Shown: in pieces, positions 51,345 to 63,432 of the stretch
Layout of the letters: each line of letters opens with the position of its first letter
Position numbering within the stretch: position 1 is the first letter of the stretch
Source of the DNA: Octopus vulgaris
Lineage: Eukaryota
Assembly: GCA_951406725.2 (NCBI GenBank)
Contig: OX597831.1
Location: 47,430,001 to 47,494,000 of the forward strand
Length of the DNA: 64,000 nucleotides
Reading direction: 5' to 3'
Notes under the pieces: generated by a model
The model's database searches: none
Seen by the model: only the letters and a program-made list of their open reading frames with translations
Told to the model about the DNA's origin: nothing
Program-made: the position numbers and the translations under genes

Positions 51345-53005
51345 GTGTGTTTGTGTATCTGTGTTTGTCCCCCTACCATTGCTTGACAACCGATGCTGGT
51401 GTGTTTACGACCCCGTCACTTAGCGGTTCGGTAAAAGAGACCGATAGAATAAGCACTAGGCTTACAAAGAATAAGTCCCGGGGTCGATTTGCTCGACTAA
51501 AGGCGGTGCTCCAGCATGGCCGCAGTCAAAATGACTGAAACAAGTAAAAGAATAAAAGAGTAAAGAGCTGATATATGTACACACGTACCAAGTATACCTA
51601 CCTACGTATCAGGCATACATCTCAGGCGAATCAAATTTTAAATGCCCCCCCCCCGCCTCCCACTCAACTGGGTGGGGGGGGGATGGCAAGCGACGCGAGC
51701 CCAACAAGCTGAGGATTTCTCCAAGAAAGCTTTTCTTAGCAATATGAATAAACATAGGAGCAATTTGAAGTCACTTGTAAAGGAAAGTTAAAAAATTTAA
51801 TTCTTAAAAATTAATGAAAAAATATATACAACTAACAAACATAATGTATTGAAAATTTAATATTTTCTAATTTGATGCGAGCAAATATATATATATGTTT
51901 ACTCTTTTACTTGTTTCAGTCATTTGACTGCGGCCATGCTGGAGCAACGCCTTTTTAATCGAGCAACTCGACCCCGGGACTTATTCTTTTGTAAGCCCAG
52001 TACTTATTCTATCGGTCTCTTTTGCCGAACCGCTGAGTAACGGGGACATAAACACACCAGCATCGGTTGTCAAGCAATGCTAGGGGGACAAACACACACA
52101 TATACATATATACATATATACGACGGGCTTTGGTCGGCCCGAGGCTATAGTAGAAGATACCTGCCCAAGGTGCCACGCAGTGGGACTGAACCTGGAATCA
52201 TGTGGTTGGTAAACAAGCTACTTACCACACAGCCACTCCTGCGCCTATGTGTGTGTGTTTGTGTGTCTGTGTTTGTTCCCCTAGAATGCTTGACAACCGA
52301 TGCTGGTGTGTTTACGTCCCCGTCACTTAGCGGTTTGGCAAAAGAGACCGATAGAATAAGAACTGGGCTTACAAAAGAATAAGTCACTGGGTCGAGTTGC
52401 TCGATTAAAAAGGTGGTGCTCCAGCATGGCCGCAGGCAAATGACTGAAACAAGTAAAAGAGTAAAGAGTAAATATGGTAAACAAACAGTTGTTTACCAAG
52501 CTCTTGTTTATATTCTCCGTCTTTGATTTGATTTGGCTCAAAAATGTTTTTTTTTATTATTGGTTGTTGATATATTTAAATACTGTTTTTTACTCTTGGT
52601 ATTTAGAAGCTAATTTTGCAAGCTTTCTCTTTTGCAAAATCTTTTACAAGCTCTTGGAGTGGAATTTTTCAACAAATTTCATCATAGGCGTAGGAGTGGC
52701 TGTGTGTTAAGTAGCTTGCTTATGAACCACATGGTTCCGGGTTCAGTCCCATTGCGTGGCACCTTGGGCAAGTGTCTTCTACTATAGCCTCGGGCTCACC
52801 AAAACCTTGTGAGTGGATTTGGTAGATGGAACCCGAAAGAAGCCCGTCGTATATATATATATATGTGTGTGTGTATACGTTTGTGTATCTGTGTTTGTCC
52901 CCCCACCATTGCTTGACAATCGATGCTGGTGTGTTTACGTCTCCGTAACATAGCGGTTTGGTAAAAGAGACCAATAGAATAAGTACTAGGCTTACAAAGA
53001 ATAAG
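51138..53005. mobile_element. Cluster of CORE-type SINEs in alternating orientation
   Basis: Copies at about 51138-51565 (+), 51900-52246 (-), 52247-52470 (+, 3' half only) and 52687-53005 (+). Confidence 0.85.
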
Positions 53006-53241
53006 TTCATATCCTTGGTCATGCAAATTTTCAACTGATAAAGACACTTCATGAAGTTTCTCTAGAATGGTGTCAGTGATGAAAGCACCAGCAGCTTCCT
53101 TTAGTGGAATTATTCAACGGAAATACTTTGATACAAATGAAATTTAAATGAAGTAAAACTAACAGTTTTTGTGTGTTGTTAAAAGACATACAAATATCTT
53201 CCATGCTGCAATTGCTTTTGCTTCAGCACACTTTTGTTGTT

Positions 53242-53278
<37 letters not shown>

Positions 53279-55791
53279 CTAGCTGATGGTGACCCGCTCT
53301 ACGCGAGGGTAAGAGTGTGGTTGTTATTTTCTGTTGCTTCCTTTCAGCACGTAAAAAGCACCATCCGAACGTGGCCGATTGCAGCTCCGCCTTGACTGGC
53401 TTCTGTGCCGGTGGCACGTAAAAGGCACCAACCGATCATGGCCGCTGCCAGCCCCCTTGGCACCTGTGACGGCGGCACGAAAAAAGCACCCCCTACGCTC
53501 ACAGAGTGGTTGACGTTAGGAAGGGCATCCACCTGTAGAAACACTGCCAGATCAGACTGGAGCCTGGTGCAGCCTCCTGGCTTCCCAGACCCCGGTCAAA
53601 CTGTCCAACACGTGCTAGCACGGAAAACGGACGTTAAACGACGACGACGACGATGATGATGATGATGATTCTCCCTCTTTGTTTCTCTCTCCTTTCTCTC
53701 TCACTTTTCCCACTCTCTTACTCTCTATCTTTATCTATCTCTCTCCCATTTATAAACAACAAAAGATCTTGAGTAAGTTGAGAAATAAAATATTTAGAAA
53801 GATCAATCATAAATATCAGGCAGTAACAACGGAAAGGTCTGCTTCAAGGCAGACAGCAAAACACTAACATTTAAAAGGGACAGACGAACTTGCGAGCTGA
53901 ATAAAAATAATAAAATATTGGAAACCAAAGTTTGAAGGGATAGAATCTGAGGATAGTAGAGTCACCATGGCTGGCATTTCTTAACGACGACAGCAACGTA
54001 TTGACAGTTTAACGGCTGGCGTAAAATTTTGAACTTGATGTAAAAGAAAATTCGTAAACACCAAGTTTTGAAGTGATTCTTTCTCACGACAGTAGACTCA
54101 CCATGGCAAGCATTCAAAACTTCTTCATCATGGACGGCAACACATTGACGATTAAAAGGCTGGCGCAAATTTTTTAGCTTGATGTAGCAGAGAATTACTA
54201 AACACCTGCTCCTTTAAATTTTAATCCCCTTCCAGCCCCATTTAGACCCTTTTCACATTTTGGTTAATATAACCCGATTTCATTTGGGTCTACTGGGGCC
54301 ACATTTTATAAGATGAGGACTCAAGCAAGTTTCCCGAGTTCTGGTCATAGACCATAGAACACTCAACCAAGTTTCCCGAGCTCTGATCATAGACCATAGA
54401 ACACTCAAGCAAGTTTCCCGAGCTCTGGTCATAGACCATAGAACAGTCAAGCAAGTTTCCCGAGTTCTGGTCATAGACCATAGAACACTCAAGCAAGTTT
54501 CCCGAGTTCTGGTCATAGACCATAGAACACTCAAGCAAGTTTCCCGAGTTCTGGTCATAGACCATAGAACAGTCAAGCAAGTTTCCCGAGTTCTGGTCAT
54601 AGACCATAGAACAGTCAAGCAAGTTTTCCGAGTTCTGGTCATAGACCATAGAACACTTAGCTAAAATCTAGTTTTTACCTAGTCTGAACCAATCAATCCG
54701 CCGCAGTCTTCATCCACGCAGAGCTTACTCAACCATGTTCCAGTTCCAGCGACAGACGACCAGACCAGCCAGTCATGTTCCTGCTCCAGCCAATGACGAC
54801 GCTAACATACACCAGCAACGCCACCGACGCCTTCATCTCAACGACGCCATCACCATCGTCGTCCTTCACCTTCACGTCGTCTCCATCTCCGTCGCCTTCA
54901 TCTCCAGCAACACTAATATGTACTGAGGCATATAATAGTTGAAGCACTGGCTGGCAGCCTCAGCCTTACCGCATTAATCACTGGGATATTCAATACTGTA
55001 CACTGTATTTCAGCCTAGCAAGCCCTATTGCACTCATGCACCTCTGTTCTGCACGTGTACTCCCTTGTTTTGCAACACGTCTGCGTCAGCTCAATTCTTC
55101 TCCCGACTCAAAGCACGTCGGATGTTCACATGCGCTGCGCTCATGTTTAGGCATAATTTCCCCCTGTTAGACCCCTGTTGGTCACGTAATTAGCAGAGAA
55201 AATTATCTGTCTCGGACCCAAGTTGCACCCAAAAAGTGTAAAGAAGCAACCAGTTCCCTTTACGTAACTATCAAAAAGTATTAAAAAGTTTAATATACAT
55301 AAATACAGATATATACACTTTGTATATATACATTATATATACATATTTATATATAGAATACACACACACATATATATAAACGCTCGTTGGTGTATTTGGT
55401 CGATGGGCGCGTTGACTGGTAGACAATAGAATGCGGTGGCGACGGCGATGGAATATTTGTTTCTCCATATGAATGCAGACAGATACATGAGTAAAAGTTA
55501 TGGGAAGCTAAGAGATAGACTGAGTGAAAATGTTCTTACATTAAATAACGGGAGTGGACTTGTCAAAGTTATAAATGAAGGGGAGTGAGAGAGTAATGGA
55601 GGAAATAGCGTGAGTGAGGAAGATGGCCCCTAGCAACCACACCTTTTAAGATAGGGATTTCTAAGGTAGCCCACGGGCATCGTCACCTCATTCTACATGT
55701 CCCTGTAAATTTTGGAGCGAATCGGACGGGACGTAGTGGCATTGAAAGCGATCCAAGCGGTAAAAACGCATTTCAGTTTTATATATAGAGA
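53279..55791 (-). mobile_element. Non-autonomous Helitron, about 2.5 kb
   Basis: On the minus strand the 5' end reads A|TCTCTATATATAAAAC and the 3' end reads an imperfect GC hairpin (ACCCTCGCGTAGAGCGGGT) then CTAG|T. Inserted between A and T with no TSD. Confidence 0.72.
54321..54656 (+). repeat. 42-bp minisatellite, 8 copies, inside the Helitron
   Basis: Unit TCAAGCAAGTTTCCCGAGTTCTGGTCATAGACCATAGAACAC/G. Confidence 0.97.
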
Positions 55792-57641
55792 TAATGTATA
55801 GTGTATTGAGTATGAAAGGAAATAGTGAGTACTTAGTATGAAAGATTAAGAAAGTGAGAGAGACTGGATAAACGTGTTAACAATACGAGATACTTTATTA
55901 GACTGCTGCTTATACTAGGTATCTCCCGGGGCAGGAGATTTACTGATTGTCTCTGTATCAAGGGAGATAATGGGCGACGTTAATTGTTCATATTTGTTGT
56001 GATGATTACATTAACACACACAACCTCAGATCAAGTCACTTGCTATGCAAGTACATCTCTGTAATGTATAGATGCTTTTCAATAAAAACATGCAGGCATG
56101 AAAATGGAAGGTGGTTTGGGATGTGCTAGAAACAACAGCCAATTCTCCCTTGAATCGTACTCTTTTTCCTCTGAAAATATTTACAGTTATTTTTTAAAAT
56201 TTTTTACCGAAAAGGCTCCTCCCAAGGTTGTTACTTCTTTCAGTAAGTTATTGTAGTTGTTAGCAATTAGTGAATTAAAACTTGAAATGGAAGCATCCAA
56301 AGAAAAAGAGAAACATTCAAAGAGAAAGCAATTCTCCATTGCTATGTCCATACCAGAAATTGATATTGAAAAACGTTTTGAAAGAAGTGGATCATATATA
56401 TAAAGCAATATGAATTTTTAAGAAAAAAATAATCTGAATACCCTTTAATTTTTCCAGAATGCAATCGTTTATACATGCCAAGTATGGAGGCAATTTGTGC
56501 AGCTTTTCTGGCCTGAAAAGCAAATACAAACACACACACAGCTCTATTTTATTATTAAGATTATAGAAACAGTTTAAGTAAAGTTCATTATAATTGAGTC
56601 TATTGCTCAGACAGATTTGACAGGTCTTACTCACAGAGTTTGAATGGTTTCTTGAAGCAAAAATTATATGAGAATTTTATATAAATATTTATTAAATAAT
56701 TATCAATCATATGATTAATATTAAGTGAAAAAGGAGCTAAAAATCCCAATGGAATACGCCCATGGAAAAAAACTTCTTTTTAAAAATGATCCTGGCTCCT
56801 CCTGTGATTTGATTCACAAGTAAAAATTCTCCAAAAAAAACTGCTGCGTACACACAACAAAACCATGGTATAAAAATTTTTCCAATGCCTAACCAATTCT
56901 GATTTTTATTCTTTTTTGCTGAGACATTGGCACGCCAGCAATCCAACTCACCATTATACAATTTATTACAACTGCTAAGTATATTACACATTCTTTTGAA
57001 TATTTTAACAACGATTGTAAAAATATACGCATGTTATGTTAAATTTTAAAATTCAACCTTTTTTTTGGAGGAGCCTCATATTAAACCAGGCAATAATTTT
57101 CAAATGATTGGGCTGTGCCGTGGGCCGAAGCCTTAGAGGAAACATTGGATTTTGTAAGTGTAAGTTTAACTGAAATCTTTATCAAACTTTATTTACTAAT
57201 TGATGATTTGATAAGTGAACTTTTTAAATTATAATTACAAAATTATCACCTTATAATTATAAATTGCTTAAACTCCCTCTCTCTCCTAAGTCAGTTCCTC
57301 CCAAGATATCCCCAGATTTTGTCGCCCCTTAGATGTTGCCATTCCAGGCGGTTGCCTAGTTCACCTAATACTAGATCCAGCCCTGAAACGCATGCACACA
57401 CCCATACACGCACAAACTGATTCTCTCTCCCTAGACAGTGTGTCAACACCAGTTCCCAGTCTAAAATATAACCCTAGGAATTCTGAATGGGAACTAATGT
57501 TACCAAATTGATAAACACCTTGTGACCTGCATCGACCAACAGCAGCCCACTGCTCAGAATCCATCTTGGACACTCCTTCATTGAGTTCTACGTGCTTGAT
57601 GAATTAGGTCTCTTTGATGAGCTTACGATAGTTTAAGTGGC

Positions 57642-57955
57642 ATGGAGTCAAATCAAACTATTAACAAATCATTCATTCATACATTCATGTCATTACAGTA
57701 TTATCTACCGATGAGACATGATATAGCTAGGGCACTGTATAATGAGATTCATTGGAAGGATAATCCCAAGGCCAAAGAAATAAGAACCCACAGTATGGCA
57801 GAAGTCATAGCTACTCATGATAAAAAGGAGTACAGGTGAAATGTTCCAGTGAAAACCTCAGTAATATGTAAACATAGTAGAGCTGACATAGTGATTTGGG
57901 ATAGAGAAGAGAAACTGTGTATAGCTGTGGAAATCAGCTGCCCAGCGAATGTTTT
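57642..57955 (+). mobile_element. Fragment of an RLE-type non-LTR retrotransposon (R2/R4/NeSL group)
   Basis: YLPMRHDIARALY...(stop)NVPVKTSVICKHSRADIVIWDREEKLCIAVEISCP: RHD motif plus a PD..E-type restriction-like endonuclease motif. Confidence 0.75.
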
Positions 57956-58496
57956 ACCTCTACATCTCAGGCTAGGGTGGGGGAGGGGCACATGAACAGG
58001 TGATTAACAAGTTCACTTCATGATCCTGATATGTTAATGTTGAGTTCAATCCAGCTCGATCACACCTTGAGCAAGTATCTTTTGACCTAGTTTTAGTTTG
58101 ATTTTTATCTTCTATCTGTGTTGGGTCTGAAAGAAGAGACAGTGCCCATGCCCTTCACAGACCATCTAGATGAGTAAGGTTAATGATTAATGCAATTGAT
58201 GTTCCTCGTGAACCTTTGTAAACCAACACCTGTGGGAAAGATATGAGCAGGGATGGATTTCCTGAGGGAAGCCCTTTTGGGGAAGAAGGACTGAACATAG
58301 CGATAAATGTGAGGCCTTGTAGGTTCAGGCGGGGTAGTGGTGGACGTAAGAGCACTAGTGTAGCTAGAGTGTCTGCTGCCTGGGACAGCCCTTCCGTTTG
58401 CTGTCCCCGGAGTCCACAAAAAACACATATTGCCTACAGCAGACCCACAAGTGTCATCTCAAGTAATTAGCGTAATCACCATTCAGAACTGTATTG

Positions 58497-59192
58497 GGAT
58501 CTTTTCGCTTTGAACGGCAGTTTTTTCTAGCGGTGTCATATGAAATTGTCACCCATAATTATGACCCTAGTATCGATCTATTGCATTTCAATGTGTTTTA
58601 GGGTTAGGGTTAGGGGTGGGGGGAAGGGTATCTTTTTTTCTTCACAAATGTAAATAAACTCAATCTGTTTCTTAAACGAGGGGCATATTCATACGGCACA
58701 GAATGTGGATCTTTTCTTTTTGAAGGCCAGAAGAGATATAGCTGTTATTTCTAGCACATGTAGAAGACAGAAGAAGAGGTAAATAATTTGAGTTCGAATG
58801 CTGCGATTTCATTGGTTAAAATTCTTAAAATTAAACTACGTTTAAGTTACGAATTACAATTTTGTTTTCAATTTTGTTTACAATAACGTTTTCTTTTGAC
58901 ACATTCTACCAGTTTACGAAGTTTCAAATTTTTTAGTTAACTAGGAAAATCTGGCCTTCAAAAAGAAAAGATCCCAGAATGTTTTTTTTTACCTCAATAG
59001 ACGTCAGTGATTGGTTGAAATTACAGAAATTGAAGAAGAACAACAACAAATATCTTACAAACCATAGAATTTTCTCAATAAAGCCAAGAGAAAAGGATGT
59101 TTTATAAACACATTCTACCAGTATACGAAGTTTAAAATTTTTTAGTCACCTAGAAATTATGTTAAAAACTACCGTTCAAACCGAAAAGATCC
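58497..59192. mobile_element. Merlin/IS1016-type MITE (outer)
   Basis: TIR GGATCTTTTCGCTTTGAACGGCAGTTTTT / AAAAACTACCGTTCAAACCGAAAAGATCC with an exact 8-bp TSD CTGTATTG. Confidence 0.8.
58707..58974. mobile_element. Merlin/IS1016-type MITE (inner, 268 bp)
   Basis: Perfect TIR GGATCTTTTCTTTTTGAAGGCCAGA / TCTGGCCTTCAAAAAGAAAAGATCC with an exact 8-bp TSD CAGAATGT. Confidence 0.82.
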
Positions 59193-59716
59193 CTGTATTG
59201 ATACGGTACCAAATTTAAAAACAATCTGAGCAAAATTAAAACGGGGGGGGGGGATGATTTTGTGAATGAAACAAACTCGATCTGGGATGGATTAAAAGAA
59301 GAATAAAAGGAACGATTCTATTCTACACGTGATTAGTGAAAAATTCTGCTTCGTGCCTGCGTTGAAGGAGATCAAAACTATAATTGATGATGGTTAAAAG
59401 TGTATTTGTCATCGTAGAATGAAGATATCGAGGTAGTAGCAGTAGTAGTGACGGTGGTAATTTAACACGGGATCAGTCTCACTCTAAACTCTGATCGACC
59501 AGACAAGCTTTAGATCAAAGACGTTGACATCCGGTCGTATTTTTTTTGTGTTGTTTTTTTTTTGTACGTGCAGAAATACCGAACAACATTATCAGATGTG
59601 TCCGTCCATTTTTATTTTAACGATAGGGCATAATGTGATAGATATTTATCTGCTATCTTCGACCTGTTGAGGCTTTCTTCATTTGTCTCTCGAGATCAAG
59701 GTTGTAGATTCCAAAG

Positions 59717-60128
59717 ACTCTTTACTCGTTTACTTGTTTCAGTCATTTGACTGCGGCCATGCTGGAGCACCGCCTTTAGTCGAGCAAATCGACCCCGGGA
59801 CTTATTCTTTGTAAGCCCAGTACTTATTCTATCGGTCTCTTTTTGCCGAACCACTAAGTGACGGGGACGTAAACACACCAGCATCGGTTGTCAAGCAATG
59901 CTAGGGGGACAAACACAGACACACAAACACACACACATACACATATACATATATGTACATATATACGACAGGCTTCTTTCAGTTTCCGTCTACCAAATCC
60001 ACTCACAAGGCATTGGTCGGCCCGGGGCTATAGCAGAAGACACTTGCCCAAGAACCACGCAGTGGGACTGAACCCGGAACCATGTGGTTGGTTAGCAAGC
60101 TACTTACCACACAGCCACTCCTGCGCCT
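59717..60128 (-). mobile_element. Full-length CORE-type SINE
   Basis: Complete from the head GGCGCAGGAGTGGCTGTGTGG to the AAAGAGT-type tail; CpGs retained. Confidence 0.88.
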
Positions 60129-62278
60129 ATGTTATTATTTATTCTAATCTCCGAAACGTTTGTGTTTTTATTGTAATTCATTAGATTCGAACCCCCAATT
60201 GAACAGACCAGTGATCAAAAACGTTCTACTTATAAACACCCCACCCCATCGTTTTGTCTGCAGTATGTCGTGGCCAGTATTTCGACCGAAGAGTTCTCAA
60301 TCCTAGACAATCCGCGTTACAGAAACGTTGTGCTCCAAAAAGTTCCAACTGTGGCATGAAGTTTCGTAGCCCAAATCTATTTCCCCAGTGAACACGCAAG
60401 TCGTTGAATTCTGCGTTATGTATAACGGAACTTCACTTCACGACACATTTTCCTGAACACACTGCTTTCGTAATGCGCTCAGTAATTCGTCTAAACAATC
60501 CAATACTCTCTTTCTAGCCGTGAATGCGATTTTTAAATGCATTATCGAAAGTTGCCATTCCTTATTTAAGGGAGATTTGACTGCTATTTCTTGTAAATTT
60601 ACTGACCATGTAAAATCTCTTTGTTTCACTCAAACATTATAACCTAAGTTTGACGGTTGACCTTCGCAAATTTTTAACTGCTAATGCCGAGAACGATGGA
60701 AAGGATCTCGTGGAAAAATCTCGGCTAAGGTTTCGATTCCTCTCTAAGAATCCAAGATATAATTTGTTTCATATGTAATGGCATGTGAATGAAAGGTTAA
60801 TCAAAATATTTAAGACGATGCCAAATGAGAAGAAAACATGGATAAAGATATTGTACTAGAACGAAAAATGCGGACGTAGAATCCTAGAATATCCTTAAGT
60901 ATTGAACCTGGGAAAGTACATAACAAGCAGTAATGAAGCCTAGAAAAAAAAAAAAAAAAGAAGAAAAAACTTAAAATATTACTGCTGAAATTAGAATTTA
61001 AAAACTAAAATCATAATAAATATCCTTTTATATTTACATTTTTTACTGAAAAGTTTAAATTAAAATACTCAAGAAGCTATTTATTTTGAATTTTAGTGAA
61101 GAGCCTAATTGCCTGCAAGTTTACACTTTAGAAATTTGATATTAAATTTATGTGTTTAAAAAGTTGCATAATTGCCATTTAAGCAAAATTAACAGTTATA
61201 ACCCTAAGTATTTAATTAACAAAAAATAAGAGTCTTTTCTAGATTTTGCATTCAATTTTGTTCATTAGTTTTCATTTTTTAAAAATATTTCTAACTGTAA
61301 GTAGAAAATATTTTGTTATCTCAAAACACAAACTTTAAAGAAACCAATTCTTTTTTTTCTTCTTTTTTACTATATTTTACTGTTTTGAATTACATACATT
61401 CTACATGAATTTAATTTTATAACACCTATATATGTGCTTAAAAATTTTTGCATAATGAATTTTAAGACAAAAAAATTTAAATAATATAATAATAATAACA
61501 ATAATTGCTTCAAATTTTACCACAAGTGCAGCAATTTTGGTGGAGGGGATTACTCGATTCAACAGGAACTCTTTTCTATTCTAGGCACAAGGCCTTAAAA
61601 TTTTTTGCGGAGGAGGCTAGTCGATTACATCGACCCCAATTGGATGAAAGGCAAAGTCGACCCGGCGGAATTTAAACTCAGAACGTAGCGGTAGACGAAA
61701 TACCGCTAATTATTTCGCCCAGCGTGCTAATGATTCTGCCAGCTCGCCGCCTTAATAATAATAATAGCAAATCTCGCAGCAACACTGAGACTACAGTAAA
61801 ATTTGATGGAAATTACATATATGATAGACCGGATATTATTTATGGGATGACCTTCATACATGTCCGACGGATTTATTTTAGTTTCTTATTTCTTTATTAC
61901 CCACAAGGGGCTAAACATAGTGGCGGACAAACAAGGACAGACAAAGGGATTAAGTCGATTACATCGACCCCAGTGCGTAACTGGTACTTAATTTATCGAC
62001 TCCGAAAGGATGAAAGGCAAAGTCGACCTCGGCGGAAATTGAACTCAGAATGTAACGGCAGACGAAATATGGCTACGTATTTCGCCCGGCGTGCTAACGT
62101 TTCTGCCAGCTCACCGCCTTATTTGTTTTAGTTTCTGTCAATCAAATCCACTCGCAAAACTTTGGTTGGTCCGAGGCTATAGTAGAAGACACTTTCCAAG
62201 GTGCTACATAGTGAAACTGAACTCGGAACAATGTAGCTGGCAAGCAGGCTTATAACCACAGCTATACATGCATACATG

Positions 62279-62660
62279 GAGGCGCAATGGCCCAGTGGTT
62301 AGGGCAGCGGACTCGCGGTCGTAGGATCGCAGTTTCGATTCCCAGACCGGGCGTTGTGAGTGTTTATTGAGTGAAAACACCTAAAACTCCACGAGGCTCC
62401 GGCAGGGATGGTGGTGATCCCTGCTGTACTCTTTCACCACAACTTTCTCTCACTCTTACTTCCTGTTTCTGTTGTACCTGTATTTCAAAGGGCCGGCCTT
62501 GTCACTCTCTGTGTCACGCTGAATATCCCCGAGAACTACGTTAAGGGTACACGTGTCTGTGGAGTGCTCAGCCACTCACACGTTAATTTCACGAGCAGGC
62601 TGTTCCGTTGATCGGATCAACCGGAACCCTCATCGTCGTAACCGACGGAGTGCTTCCACC
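62279..62660 (+). mobile_element. tRNA-derived SINE, third family
   Basis: Head GGCGCAATGGCCCAGTGGTTAGGGCAGCGGACTCG...GTTTCGATTCCC continues into a body shared with about 13040-13335, 38860-39175 and 50790-50900. Confidence 0.8.
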
Positions 62661-62869
62661 ATCACCACATACATACATACATACATATAGGTAAATTGAA
62701 AATAAACAAAAAAACAGCGAAAGTCAAAAGGGCGTACACATGAAATGCATTAGGTTGACGCTCGCGATGAGGGATCAGTTTCTGACTGAAGAATGAAGGC
62801 TTTGAATGACCCGTTTGTCTTTTTGTTCGTCCCTTCGTGTATTTCACGTTATTTATTTATGTAAAGGTT

Positions 62870-62933
<64 letters not shown>

Positions 62934-63041
62934 TATATTAAATTAGAGACAAAACCACTATTATGCAAATCAAACAAACAAAGACTTAATCCAATACATA
63001 AATTAATTTATATTATTTAGAAATTTAACAATTATTAATAT

Positions 63042-63105
63042 CCACTACGATCGTTTCATGTCTTCTTTTCATCACATCTTTGAGTAGTAGACATTCTTCA
63101 GGTGG
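63042..63105 (-). ncRNA. Type-I hammerhead ribozyme with an intact core in a Penelope-like insert beside (TA)n
   Basis: CCAC-CTGAAGA-ATGTCT-(25-nt loop)-AGACAT-GAAAC-GATC-GTA-GTGG: perfect stems I and II, palindromic ACGATCGT stem III, GUA triplet. Confidence 0.87.
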
Positions 63106-63378
63106 TTTCAAATATTCTTGGCGGCTGGTGCGATATGAACATTTAAGGTGGTTTTTAGAGTCAGGGTTTGACTGCTATTTCGGCATGGTGGTGTCTCTCA
63201 GATACCCTTATTTATAGTTGTGAAAAAAAAAAAATTAATGTTTGTTTTTAATGTTATAAAAACAAAGTTACAATAAATTGAAGAATTACTCAATACAGCT
63301 GGTAGAGTACAAGTTTATTAGTCTTTAACAAGAATAGTATTGACAGTGCTTTTGAAGTTTCAGCTGTGTGTGTGTGTG

Positions 63379-63432
<54 letters not shown>

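Noticed and set aside
54280-54649. Repeat-protein ORFs (MVYDQNSGNLLECS)n and (MTRTRETCLSVLWS)n
   Set aside because: By-product of a 42-bp unit (a multiple of 3) inside a Helitron; no domain or gene structure.
58140-58450. GC-richer block with a GGGACAGC/GCTGTCCC hairpin as a possible HDV-like ribozyme
   Set aside because: A nested double pseudoknot could not be assembled by eye; probably a retroelement UTR fragment.
58597-58616. Interstitial telomere
   Set aside because: Only about three TTAGGG units, internal to a MITE.
62279-62355. tRNA gene
   Set aside because: No proper acceptor stem or Pol III terminator; it continues into a repeated SINE body.
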